Shown: piece by piece, positions 9,401 to 18,033 of the stretch
How positions within the stretch are numbered: the first letter of the stretch is position 1
Layout of the letters: every line of letters begins with the position of its first letter
Virus record (IMG/VR): IMGVR_UViG_3300009678_000121
Coordinates: 1 to 28,829 of that record
Length of the DNA stretch: 28,829 bases
Reading direction: 5' to 3' (one strand)
Source of the DNA: a virus
Lineage: Duplodnaviria; Caudoviricetes
The notes under the pieces: model-generated
What the model saw: only the letters and a program-made list of their open reading frames with translations
Database searches by the model: none
What the model was told of the DNA's origin: nothing
Made by a program: the position numbers and the translations under genes

Positions 9401-12058
9401 TTTATTGGAACCCACGCCGCTGCCCAACAAGAAATGCAATATTTAAATGCGCTTAGGTCTGTTAATACACAACTTGTCGGTGGACCTTCTGGAAGTCTTC
9501 TGTTTGATTCTGGCTCTGCTAATGCTGGAAATTTTCAGGCTATTGCTGTTGATGTAAGTGGAGCAATTTATGCTGTTGGAAGTAATGGTGGAGAATGGAT
9601 TGCATCCAAATCTCATCTTTCCTCTACTCTTTCGTGGGTAACTGTAGATTCTACATCTAGCGACGACGGGCAACAAGCAAACGGAATAGCCCTCGACCAG
9701 GTAAATGGAAGAATTTATGTTGTTGGACATCAAGAAGAAATAGCAGGAGTTGTAAATATTGTTGTTAGAAGAAGTACCGACAAAGGAGCAACTTGGACAA
9801 CGGTATTGAGTTATGATTCAGGTTCTCAAGAAGAGTATGGTTTTGCGGTAGATACAGCATCAGATGGTAGTAGAGTTATTGTTGTAGGTGAAACAACTCA
9901 AGAAGATGGTTGGATTATTTTAAGTTCTTCCACTGGTGACAGTGGTTCTTGGGCTCGTGTTGATCTGGGAAGTGGCGGCGACCCCGCCCAAGGTCAAACG
10001 GTGGATGTAAAATTTTCTCCAACAGATCCATTGAAAGTTTATGCGCTTGGTCAAAGAACCGTCGGTACAATTAACCAATGGGTTGTTAAATCTTCTTCTC
10101 TTGGTGGATTGACTGGATCTTGGGCTATTGTTGATACTTTCCAGAGCGCATTACCAGCTACGAGCGGTGTTCAAGGGCAAGCACTTTTGATTACTGGAAG
10201 TTCTGTTTTTGTATTTGGATATGAATCAGGCCCAGGACAAACTAAATGGGTTACAAGAAGATCCTCTACGGGCGCCAGTGGTACTTGGAGCACTGTTGAT
10301 ACTATATCACATTCTTCTAGTATTGTTGGTCCCAAGAGCGCTCAGACAGTTAGTGGTGCTATATTTGTTGGTGGTTTTGCAACTGGAGCAATTTATGGAG
10401 CATTTATCGTTCGTGCGTCGTATGATGGCGGAAATGAATGGAATAATGTTGTGGAAGTTCCTATAGCCGCTGGTTTTACAAACGTACTTATTGAGGAAAC
10501 ATATGTAAACAGTTTCATTCCCAACACAATGACTACTGGATCTGTTTTGGTATTTGGTCAACTTGGTATTGGTAATTTTAATAATGGTGCTATTAAAGTT
10601 GATGTTAGTCTTCCGACAACTTCTACAAGAGGAGTTCCAGTTGCTCCTCGACAGAGTTTGGTGGATGTGTTTGGAGATACATGCCACTGTTCAATATCGC
10701 AGTTTAGCGACGGCGCCGAGCGCATCGATAGACAAAATAGCAAATATTTCTTGCCATATTTTAGTCAATCTTATTTTAGTGCTACCTTCAATGATGCTTC
10801 GCAAGTTGCCATCGACCCGAGTGGTAATATATATTTGGCTGTAGGTCGCGGTACACCAACTGGTGGTTGGTGGTTAAGAAAAGCTCATATTACAGCGAGT
10901 AAACAATCTAATTGGTCTTTTGCAGACAATAGACCTTTCACAGTACCTGCGGCAGTTGCTAGAGGTATTGCTTTTGACACCAGCGGCGCAATTTATGTTT
11001 GCGGAAATGGTAATACTGGCGCAGGTGATAGATTTACTATTAGAAAGTCTCATATGTCAGCTAATACTACGTGGAATACAGCATTTACTGACGCTGGCAT
11101 CGAAGGCAGCGGCGCGCAAGCTCAAGGTATTATGGTAGATTCTGGTGATAATCTTTATTGTTGGGGTCATAGTGTTGCTTTAACTCAATCAGCAAATTGG
11201 ATTATTAGAAAATCAATAGACAGAGGTACATCTTGGAGTACGTTATTTAGTGGTAGTGGTTCTAACTTTACTACTAATGCATGGGATAGGTGTACAGAAG
11301 TTAGAATAGCTCCTAATGGAAATTTTTATGCCATCGGCTGGGAAGAAACTCCTAGCGAAGCAGTGTGGGTTACTCGTAAATCTGTAGACGACGGTGCAAC
11401 TTGGAATATAATGGATTATTTTGCTGCTCCGACGTTTTCTGGTGCTGTACCCTATAGTATGGAATTTTCTGGTAATGCTGTTTTTGTAGCGGGAGGTATG
11501 GATTTGCAGGAGCCGCAAACGTGGGGTACTAGTTCTGCGATTGCTTCCAAAGGTATTGTTCGTGCTTCTTATGACACAGGCAGTACGTGGTCTGAAATTT
11601 TAAGAGATGAACTTAGTACCGCTCAATTTGCTAGAGGTTTTGGAATTATTAGAAACATAAATAGTCGCTTATATATCGGCGGACATCAATCACTTTACGT
11701 TTCTGATACTGGTTTATCTGGTTCTTTTGTAAGTATTGGAGAAGATGTTGGATTGAGTTCATCTGAAGCGTTTCCCGCACAACAACTTGGAAAAGTTACT
11801 TGGAGATCTATTTCTGTAGCGCCTAATGGTCAATTTTTTATGGCTGGAAATGTACCAGCAGGCGGCGCAGGACCAGGCGAAGGCCAGTCCGAAGTTGTAG
11901 TTACTTTAATTTCTGAAAGTATACCTAGAGATGGATTTTCAAGAATGAAAGTAAGCGGAGATGATGCAAATAATTCTTACAATACTAGTACCGATATTAA
12001 TTCAAAAAATGAATTTGCAAGAAGAATTCTACTTAATAGAGATAGGAATAACGAATAA
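6422..12058 (+). CDS. Giant baseplate wedge/adhesin (gp7/P2 gpI-like core, 2 LamG/ConA-like domains, 2 Asp-box beta-propellers)
   Basis: LamG motifs 'GSWHNIAAVYD...STYIDG...LSGAIDNVRLY' and 'QGYFGEFRYWNRPLS...LRGHWPL'. gpI-like core 'IPEYIL...FFDELKLYID...LTRYFGW...LPYLLKTKGKRYNIDAFFNVLG'. Asp-boxes STDKGATW, SYDGGNEW, SIDRGTSW, SVDDGATW and SYDTGSTW in the C-terminal half. Confidence 0.75.
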   Translation: MADKKVNFQLTFPENLKKDIVLSSTPNLAFDDLGDFIEERERIRRLLESANEATLKVDYSDFANHVFFDSAVSKYQIAQARILTKYPYNGNTEEKDAFFLTSSGYENNIYDQWPRHVGYLRFSGSTNTFFSASDYDKKLVFGTSSLMLSADVRKEPDAGSEGNNIIAIQSGSTASNALGHIRMFFSGGGAGPISLISQVSSGSTLGQTVVSYDAYAYSGSWHNIAAVYDRSVNILSTYIDGNRVISSSIIIGPIEQNTVFVIGGGGTGYASLSGAIDNVRLYFTASELLLQKHINKPIDSEDYLVLNYKFNEGVVGTSSVDLNVVDYSKSALHALIAQYSPEVRVSGSSRMNDPGDPILYSFHSGVLAFSGTNVLSASDYDRENNNQIFNMIPEYILQADENQEGLMISLSLALARFFDELKLYIDQFDNLRVTNYDDIDETPDIFLPFLTRYFGWKVTEHFGDTNPLSFFFGEGVQSSGSLEVPLLEIRNQFWRRTLNNLPYLLKTKGKRYNIDAFFNVLGVNKENINLKEYGYLPGGSISDTRIHKEKVASFLGIGTGSLSSSFVKVPSLISGANNSYTVEAFLQLPYQSASYSASLSVLTGSVWQLVDPNQVTGSIALLWNVPHLGSTEGKFILTGSTAAGASQVFSSSLVEVFDGDFVYIAAGLKANQIPFIEIRTLDNDSLDFTGSFTGSVALSGVFTGSNYDFIMGATSGTFFQKQTQGYFGEFRYWNRPLSSSEFTDHAFNFQSVGLNNPAEAPNPLRGHWPLGENKLTDAAGNLNSILDLSRNNRIATGTLFPASYNPYKKFLIEYNHLSPSIDLKWTENKVRIRNKTELKIGDVANDTNEVSLEFNLIDSLNKDITKIFSTFDLFNNAIGSPVNKYRDEYADLEAYRRVYFDRLGDSIHFNQFFGLFKWFDKKISDAIKQLLPTRVKFIGGEQVVESHFLERPRYQYKYPIFRTPVDIPNAELSGAARVDGKSHVVLPNSPPANFIGTHAAAQQEMQYLNALRSVNTQLVGGPSGSLLFDSGSANAGNFQAIAVDVSGAIYAVGSNGGEWIASKSHLSSTLSWVTVDSTSSDDGQQANGIALDQVNGRIYVVGHQEEIAGVVNIVVRRSTDKGATWTTVLSYDSGSQEEYGFAVDTASDGSRVIVVGETTQEDGWIILSSSTGDSGSWARVDLGSGGDPAQGQTVDVKFSPTDPLKVYALGQRTVGTINQWVVKSSSLGGLTGSWAIVDTFQSALPATSGVQGQALLITGSSVFVFGYESGPGQTKWVTRRSSTGASGTWSTVDTISHSSSIVGPKSAQTVSGAIFVGGFATGAIYGAFIVRASYDGGNEWNNVVEVPIAAGFTNVLIEETYVNSFIPNTMTTGSVLVFGQLGIGNFNNGAIKVDVSLPTTSTRGVPVAPRQSLVDVFGDTCHCSISQFSDGAERIDRQNSKYFLPYFSQSYFSATFNDASQVAIDPSGNIYLAVGRGTPTGGWWLRKAHITASKQSNWSFADNRPFTVPAAVARGIAFDTSGAIYVCGNGNTGAGDRFTIRKSHMSANTTWNTAFTDAGIEGSGAQAQGIMVDSGDNLYCWGHSVALTQSANWIIRKSIDRGTSWSTLFSGSGSNFTTNAWDRCTEVRIAPNGNFYAIGWEETPSEAVWVTRKSVDDGATWNIMDYFAAPTFSGAVPYSMEFSGNAVFVAGGMDLQEPQTWGTSSAIASKGIVRASYDTGSTWSEILRDELSTAQFARGFGIIRNINSRLYIGGHQSLYVSDTGLSGSFVSIGEDVGLSSSEAFPAQQLGKVTWRSISVAPNGQFFMAGNVPAGGAGPGEGQSEVVVTLISESIPRDGFSRMKVSGDDANNSYNTSTDINSKNEFARRILLNRDRNNE
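9525..11915 (+). repeat. Protein-level tandem beta-propeller blade repeats (two propellers, approx. 9525-10605 and 10790-11915)
   Basis: Recurring ~50-55 aa units: IA.D.SG.IY..G ... W..RkS.D.G.tW..vD. The repeats are degenerate at the DNA level and the boundaries are approximate. Confidence 0.7.
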
Positions 12059-14085
12059 TGCCAATTGTAAATGCAAGAATTGGTAATGGTTTTTTGATTA
12101 AAGATGTTGATTCATCCAAAGATCAAGTCCATTATTTTTCGGATCATAAAAAAACAGTAGAATTTTCTATTCGTGGAGAAAATGCTGGATTTTTATCTGG
12201 AACTACTGTTTTGTCTACGGGTTCTATTTTTAATAGTATTGATATTAATAAGTTCAATGGACATATTTTTATTTGCGGTAATCACATTACGGCAAGCCCA
12301 ATTTCTGGAAACGTAGAAACGTGGTGGACGATGAGATCGACGGATGGTGGTGATAACTGGTCCATAGTAGATAATTACATGGGTCCAGCCCAATCTTCTG
12401 GCGCCGCTTATTCCGTTTCAATAGATCAAACAGAAACAAACCCAGGTCAAAAAATATTTGTATGCGGTTTCCAAATCAATACTGGTTCTGATGGATCCTA
12501 TGGACTTATTAGAAGTTCATCCAATGGCGGCACAACCTGGAATACAACATTTAGTTTTAATAGTGCTTCTGGCGGTACTTTTCATTCTGAGGCAGTTTTT
12601 AATCATATAAAGGTTGCATTTTGGCGCGGCCAAGATGATTCATTTCCTGTTATTGTTGGTGGATACAGCTTAACTGCATCTCAACCTGGAAAGGCTTTAC
12701 TTTATTTTAGTTTTAAAAATACATCAAATACTTATGGTACTTGGACTTTAAATAGAACCTACGGCAGCGGCGCTGCTGGTACTATGAATGCTATCAATGC
12801 CGTCGCTGCAAGTAATAATGGCGTCAATAGTGCGTGGGGATTTTTTGATTTGGCTCATTGTGGTTATCAAACTACAGCCGCAGGTAATGTAAATTTTTTG
12901 GTATCTGGTACTCTAGGTGTTACTATTGGGTTTACCGACTCTTACGACGGCCCAGCTTCTTTGAGAGATGAAGCTAAATCAATGTGGAATTGGGCTTTTG
13001 GTTCTATTAGTAGTCTCGATTTGTATGAACCAGGATTAGATTTTCATAACTATTATTATTGTGGTTTTCATTCTGCCTCAAACGGTAAGAGATGGATTAC
13101 AAGAAAAGTTCTTCATAACGTATCTACTGTTGCTTTAATAAAAACAATAGATGATTATGTTCATCCTGGTGGTGAAGAAGCAATAGCTAATTATATCGTT
13201 GGAGATCACTTGTATCAAAGTAGTCCAACCGACGTTGGCGGAACTAGAATTAAGGAAGTTGGAAAAAGATTGTATGCAGTTGGTTATCACAAAAAGGACT
13301 TTACCACAAAGAAATATTGGACTATCAGAAGAAGTGAAGATGAAATGGCTAGACCATTTGATGTAAATGCATCAGGTAGTTGGACAACTATCGAAGAGTT
13401 ATCTATTGGTAACGACAATGAAGCAAAATGTGCTGTTGTCGATATGAGTGGAAATTTGTGGGTTGTAGGTAAGCTTGATGGCGTCGGCACAGTAAGAAAA
13501 TACACCAAACAACAAGTAGGTCCAGATTTTTTATTTACTTTAAGTGGATCACTTGGAATGAATCTTATGCAGGGTATTTATGACAAAAATAATACATCAT
13601 TTGCTGATCAAAGAAACTTATTGACTAGTTCATTTTCTATGCCCATAACACGTACTGGAAGCTACGCTACTTTAATAGAACCAGTTATGTCTTTTATGGT
13701 TAAGCCATCAAATGATATTCCTTTTAATCCTAATGATTTTAGGGTTGTTTTTAAAGATCAACATTCCGTGGACTTTAAAAGCTATAGAGATGTTAATATG
13801 TATGGTAACTATTTTGAACAAGATGATGGATGGTACAAGTTTGAATCTAGACTTTTTTCTGGCTCATATCGGGCAAAGATTTTAACTCCTATTCATAGTG
13901 AGAGTATTCATTGGCAATTGTCTGGTGCAAACGAAAGCGTTCAATATCAATTCAAGGATTTTAGAGTAGATTTTCTTGCGCCAATGAATGATGAGGGAAC
14001 GAGAATTTACAGAGAGATAAATAACGATCATAACGAAAACATTAGTGCATATTATGGTTTTGATGTGATGAGAAGGATAGATTAA
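12058..14085 (+). CDS. Virion protein with Asp-box (BNR) beta-propeller; putative receptor/glycan-binding
   Basis: WWTMRSTDGGDNW, LIRSSSNGGTTW, WITRK, WTIRRSED...GSWTTIE and VVDMSGNLWVVG blades, followed by a ~190-aa non-repeat C-terminal region. Confidence 0.7.
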   Translation: MPIVNARIGNGFLIKDVDSSKDQVHYFSDHKKTVEFSIRGENAGFLSGTTVLSTGSIFNSIDINKFNGHIFICGNHITASPISGNVETWWTMRSTDGGDNWSIVDNYMGPAQSSGAAYSVSIDQTETNPGQKIFVCGFQINTGSDGSYGLIRSSSNGGTTWNTTFSFNSASGGTFHSEAVFNHIKVAFWRGQDDSFPVIVGGYSLTASQPGKALLYFSFKNTSNTYGTWTLNRTYGSGAAGTMNAINAVAASNNGVNSAWGFFDLAHCGYQTTAAGNVNFLVSGTLGVTIGFTDSYDGPASLRDEAKSMWNWAFGSISSLDLYEPGLDFHNYYYCGFHSASNGKRWITRKVLHNVSTVALIKTIDDYVHPGGEEAIANYIVGDHLYQSSPTDVGGTRIKEVGKRLYAVGYHKKDFTTKKYWTIRRSEDEMARPFDVNASGSWTTIEELSIGNDNEAKCAVVDMSGNLWVVGKLDGVGTVRKYTKQQVGPDFLFTLSGSLGMNLMQGIYDKNNTSFADQRNLLTSSFSMPITRTGSYATLIEPVMSFMVKPSNDIPFNPNDFRVVFKDQHSVDFKSYRDVNMYGNYFEQDDGWYKFESRLFSGSYRAKILTPIHSESIHWQLSGANESVQYQFKDFRVDFLAPMNDEGTRIYREINNDHNENISAYYGFDVMRRID

Positions 14086-16118
14086 TGGGAATTAGAGATA
14101 CATCATACTACGATTGGCAAAATGTTTATGGTATAGGAAATTCATTATCTCCTGTTGTATTTACGGGCTCGATTATGGATTTTGTTACAACTGCCTCTTT
14201 TGATGCTCTTGCGCTTGATCCCGTGAGCGGCGGCATCTATGTCGGCGGCGGCGTTAATTATAGCGGTGCCCTTGGCGCTGGCTCTTCACCTATTCCATAT
14301 TGGCACATCATAAGGTCTTTAGATAATGGAACTACTTGGTCTGTAGTAGATCAAATTGTAAGTGGAAGTGTTTCAGATATTGGAATATACAAAGACGGAA
14401 CTATCATTGCTACTGGATACGAATACAGCGGCTCTGGCGGCGGCGCCACTCCTGTGTGGACAACAAGAAAATCTCACGTTACCGCGAGCACTTCTTGGGC
14501 TACTGTCAATAGAGTTAATCTTTCCGCCTCCAATACTGGCTCTTCATTCGGGAAGGCTATTGCTTTCGGAATTAGTGGAGCAATTTATATTGGTGGCAGT
14601 TACCAAAAAGAGGCTGGCGGCTCAGCGGGATGGTTAGTAAGAAGATCAAATGTTTCGAATCCTAGTTCTTGGGTAACGATTTTGGATTCTGGAAGCGCAA
14701 ACAATCCAACTTCAATTAGAGATGTTGCTGTCCGTGCTAATGATATGATTACTGGCGGTCAAGAGCTTTGGTTGGTCGGCGAACGCGGAACTGGTTCTGG
14801 TCTTGCTGCTATTAGCGTGATGACTTCTAGTGATGATGTTAACTTTAAGAAAATTTTTTCTGCAAGTACATTCGACGAACCTTCCATTGGTAGAGCCATA
14901 GCAATAGATCCAAATACAAGGGATGTTTATTTTTCTACTCTTCATAGTATTGCTGGCACTTATGATCGTTTGAGGATTTTTAGTGCAAACTTTATTTCAA
15001 ACCCCAGACCATTTCAAGCTAACCAATTTGGACAAGTGTGGGAAGACACGAACTCTCGATGGTTAGATTTTACTAAATTTGATCTAGTTTATTCAGGTAC
15101 TCTTTATTATACTTTTGCTGCCCAACACACTGGCATCGGCCTCGACCGCGACACTCGATGGGAAATGATTCGTTGTAAACATACTTCCCTCAGTAAGAGT
15201 AGTGATATGGAAAATGTAATGTTGATGTTAGGTGCTCAATTTCCTAGAGGAAATTTGACTTCTTCCGAGGGCGGTGCCCTCGGCGTAAGAAATGAAAACG
15301 GTAAAGAAGTTGTTTATGTCGCTGGAATGGGCGGACTTGACACTGGAAGTTCTTTTCGTAGATTTACTGCCATTACTCGTAAAGGCGCTCGAACAGCGAA
15401 TTCATCTACTCTTGGTCCTACTATGTTAGCGACCAGTGTAGAGTATGTTAGAACAGAAGCAAACGGATTTTTAGAAAAAGCAATTAAATTAAATAATGTT
15501 TCTGAATATTCTCATGGCGGTGGTGCCCTTCAAATGAAGAATATTATCATTGGTACTACCGATACTGGAAAATTTGGCAAAACAGATGATAGCATCATTC
15601 AGGTAAAGTATATTGGTTCGGTTGTACATGTATTGTGGCCAAAACAACAAGATCAATCTATTCCTGTAAAGGGATTTGGAGATTTTTCGATTGGTCAAAG
15701 AGCTGGAAAGTTAACGACAGATTTCCAACCAGGTGACAATCAAGATGTGACAGACTTTGATCATCTTGCGTTGTATTGCTATTTAAGGAAAGAAGTTAGC
15801 GGTACATTAGATGACGTGATAGTGTCTATTGAAAGAAAACCTCTGACAAGTGTTGGTTTTGCTACCGAACAATCAATTGATTATGCCGTTTCTGGAAGTA
15901 AGGTTGAAGCAAGATTGAGAGATATTGAATACAAGAAACAAATTGATTATGGAGATTTATCAATACGAGAAATTGGTTTTCCAATTGACATTCCTTTGAT
16001 TAATATAAAAGAAGTAAGACTTTCAGTAAGGCACCGTGTGGGCCAAACAGAAGAAAACAAAAATCTTATTATATGGGGCAGATTCATAAAATCTGATAAA
16101 AATAGAGATGAAACTTAA
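14085..16118 (+). CDS. Virion protein with Asp-box beta-propeller plus C-terminal beta-sandwich; putative receptor/glycan-binding
   Basis: ALDPVSGGIYVGG, WHIIRSLDNGTTW, WTTRKSHVTASTSW, WLVRRSNVSNPSSW and IAIDPNTRDVYF blades. Confidence 0.7.
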   Translation: MGIRDTSYYDWQNVYGIGNSLSPVVFTGSIMDFVTTASFDALALDPVSGGIYVGGGVNYSGALGAGSSPIPYWHIIRSLDNGTTWSVVDQIVSGSVSDIGIYKDGTIIATGYEYSGSGGGATPVWTTRKSHVTASTSWATVNRVNLSASNTGSSFGKAIAFGISGAIYIGGSYQKEAGGSAGWLVRRSNVSNPSSWVTILDSGSANNPTSIRDVAVRANDMITGGQELWLVGERGTGSGLAAISVMTSSDDVNFKKIFSASTFDEPSIGRAIAIDPNTRDVYFSTLHSIAGTYDRLRIFSANFISNPRPFQANQFGQVWEDTNSRWLDFTKFDLVYSGTLYYTFAAQHTGIGLDRDTRWEMIRCKHTSLSKSSDMENVMLMLGAQFPRGNLTSSEGGALGVRNENGKEVVYVAGMGGLDTGSSFRRFTAITRKGARTANSSTLGPTMLATSVEYVRTEANGFLEKAIKLNNVSEYSHGGGALQMKNIIIGTTDTGKFGKTDDSIIQVKYIGSVVHVLWPKQQDQSIPVKGFGDFSIGQRAGKLTTDFQPGDNQDVTDFDHLALYCYLRKEVSGTLDDVIVSIERKPLTSVGFATEQSIDYAVSGSKVEARLRDIEYKKQIDYGDLSIREIGFPIDIPLINIKEVRLSVRHRVGQTEENKNLIIWGRFIKSDKNRDET

Positions 16119-16644
16119 AATATTGTCTTTGATAGTGTTTTTCGCATGTTCTGCGTGCGGAGATGACGATCTTTGTAAAGGAAGTGATTTTGAAACTTCT
16201 CAAGGAATTTGTGTATTTACAAATGGTTTTGATATTTCAAAAGATCAATTGAGTTATGCTATTGATGTTACGGAAGATGTCGTATCTGCGAGGTATCCAA
16301 AGAAATATGCAAAAAGTAAATTAAACGATTCATACGACTCTGTAAGTATTTCTTTTGTGGGAGATTTGGGAGATGAGAAGGACGGATACACACAATTTGA
16401 ATATGGACCTTTTGTAGAAGAAACATATAAGGTTGTTTCAGAATATAAAGAACATTGTTGGCACTATATTTGGATAATTCCTCATGAAATGCTTCATGTT
16501 TATCTTCTAGATATTGCAGATGATCAAACTCACAAAAAGGGCTGGCACTGGCATGGTGACTTTACAGATGAAGAAAACGCATCATCTATTCAGTATGAAG
16601 TCTACAGGAGATTGTCTTGTGACATCTGCGGATCTTGTCAATAA
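16108..16644 (+). CDS. Putative lipoprotein with zincin-type HEXXH motif
   Basis: Signal peptide MKLKILSLIVFFACSA-C17GDDD (basic N-terminus, hydrophobic core, lipobox-like Cys; C14 is an alternative). H126EMLH130 at 16483-16497, with further His at 142/147/149. Cys-rich C-terminus CDICGSCQ. Confidence 0.7.
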   Translation: MKLKILSLIVFFACSACGDDDLCKGSDFETSQGICVFTNGFDISKDQLSYAIDVTEDVVSARYPKKYAKSKLNDSYDSVSISFVGDLGDEKDGYTQFEYGPFVEETYKVVSEYKEHCWHYIWIIPHEMLHVYLLDIADDQTHKKGWHWHGDFTDEENASSIQYEVYRRLSCDICGSCQ

Positions 16645-18026
16645 TGGGAAATGTACGTTTATATCCAGGAAAACAACCGCAAGGTCAGGTAGTTTTACCC
16701 GACTTCTTACGTCTTTCTTCGTCTACTCCTGCTCAAGAAGTTTTTGGTAACGTAAGTCTTGGTGAATCCTCTGATTTCATTGTTCCAGCAAAATTCCAGA
16801 TTTTAAGACCAACTGGATTATGGGGACAGTTAATTCAAGGAGTTGGAACTAATCAAGCGGATTTATTGTTTTATGTTCCTGGTGGTTCTACTGATCAGAA
16901 GGTTGTTCAATTTGTTCAAAGTGTAGATTCTACATTTACGATTAGAGGTTTGACAGATGTCGCGGGTGTATCTAAGAATTTTCTCGCACTAAAAAATGAT
17001 ACTGGATTTGTTGGCGTAAATACGACTTCACCAGCAGCACAATTGCATGTTAGTTCTTTAACGTTATTGACAGGAAATGTTGCACACTTCGGCACGGTTC
17101 CAAATTTAGCTGGAGGTGTAATTACTCCGCTTTCTATTGGGCGTACAGAATCCACCGCAAGTCAAGTTCTTAATATTCATGTAGATGATAATTATGCACG
17201 CTTTGAATCTGTTCAGGATGAAGCTGTCGCTGGATATGTTTTCAGAAGTAGAACAGAAACGTCTCCAGTTGATCGTTTTCATTTAACTCTTTACACCGAT
17301 GCCAATAATGCTCGCGCTGGTCTTTCCGCAGGCGGCACAGTTTTTGTTCCTTCGAGAGGAATGTTTGCTATTAGCGGCTCAACATCAAATGTTTTTGGTC
17401 CACATATAGAATATTTCGCAGGACAAGATGGTCATCCTGTTTTTCAACAATTAAATTGGAGCCACGACGACATAGAGTTATGGTTTGATGGTTATTATAA
17501 CGGATCGTCGATCAGTTCAGATATAGGATCAAATTTTTTGTTTATAAAAATTAATGACGCATTGTCATTTTGGGGTGCATCTGGAGTCTCACCAGGTAAT
17601 GTGATTGGTTGGACTCAAGATCTTTTGGTAGTTTCGTCAAGTTTAAGAATTGGCATCGGCGCAAAACCACGTTTTTCAACAGACATATTCCAAGTTTCTG
17701 GTACTGCTGGAAAAACTGCTGGCGGCACGACCTGGGCATCTATTTCTGATCAAAAATACAAAACAAACATTATTACCATTTCTGGTGCTTTAGATAAGCT
17801 GACTAATTTAAGGGGTGTAACTTTTGAATGGGTTGATAATAGAGTTTCTGGAACACAACATGGTCTTATAGCTCAAGAAGTAGAACCAATTATTCCACAG
17901 TGGGTAAACACAGCACCAGATGGAGATAAGTGGTTTAATCCCGTTGGAGTTGAAGGTGTGATGGTAGAAGCCTTTAAACAGATATTAAGAAGAATAGAGA
18001 CGCTAGAAAGTGGTAGCTCTCCATAA
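16644..18026 (+). CDS. Tail fibre/spike protein with C-terminal intramolecular chaperone (Peptidase_S74)
   Basis: Fibre motifs 'GFVGVNTTSPAAQLHV' and 'RIGIGAKP...FQVSG'. S74 domain 'SDQKYKTNI...ALDKLTNLRGVTFEW...GLIAQEVEPIIPQWV...MVEAFKQILRRIETLE' from 17745. Start set at ATG 16644 (TAATG junction) rather than TTG 16635. Confidence 0.88.
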   Translation: MGNVRLYPGKQPQGQVVLPDFLRLSSSTPAQEVFGNVSLGESSDFIVPAKFQILRPTGLWGQLIQGVGTNQADLLFYVPGGSTDQKVVQFVQSVDSTFTIRGLTDVAGVSKNFLALKNDTGFVGVNTTSPAAQLHVSSLTLLTGNVAHFGTVPNLAGGVITPLSIGRTESTASQVLNIHVDDNYARFESVQDEAVAGYVFRSRTETSPVDRFHLTLYTDANNARAGLSAGGTVFVPSRGMFAISGSTSNVFGPHIEYFAGQDGHPVFQQLNWSHDDIELWFDGYYNGSSISSDIGSNFLFIKINDALSFWGASGVSPGNVIGWTQDLLVVSSSLRIGIGAKPRFSTDIFQVSGTAGKTAGGTTWASISDQKYKTNIITISGALDKLTNLRGVTFEWVDNRVSGTQHGLIAQEVEPIIPQWVNTAPDGDKWFNPVGVEGVMVEAFKQILRRIETLESGSSP

Positions 18027-18029
18027 TTA
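18024..18029 (+). promoter_or_regulatory. Candidate late-promoter element TAATTA
   Basis: Overlaps the fibre stop codon and lies 4 nt before ATG 18034, with no SD. Confidence 0.35.
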
Positions 18030-18033
18030 CAGT

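Noticed and set aside
1295-12058. Bacterial extracellular contractile injection system, tailocin or T6SS locus
   Set aside because: The flanking sigma-like, RuvC and primase-like genes, the S74 fibre and the gene packing indicate a phage genome. No eCIS ATPase or T6SS membrane genes are present.
16108-16644. The lipoprotein as an o-spanin
   Set aside because: No adjacent or overlapping i-spanin, holin or endolysin. It is too long, is not Pro-rich, and carries HEXXH.
9525-18026. Diversity-generating retroelement, invertible fibre cassette or CRISPR-like array
   Set aside because: No reverse transcriptase or invertase, and no near-identical DNA repeats were seen. The repeats are degenerate and at the protein level only.
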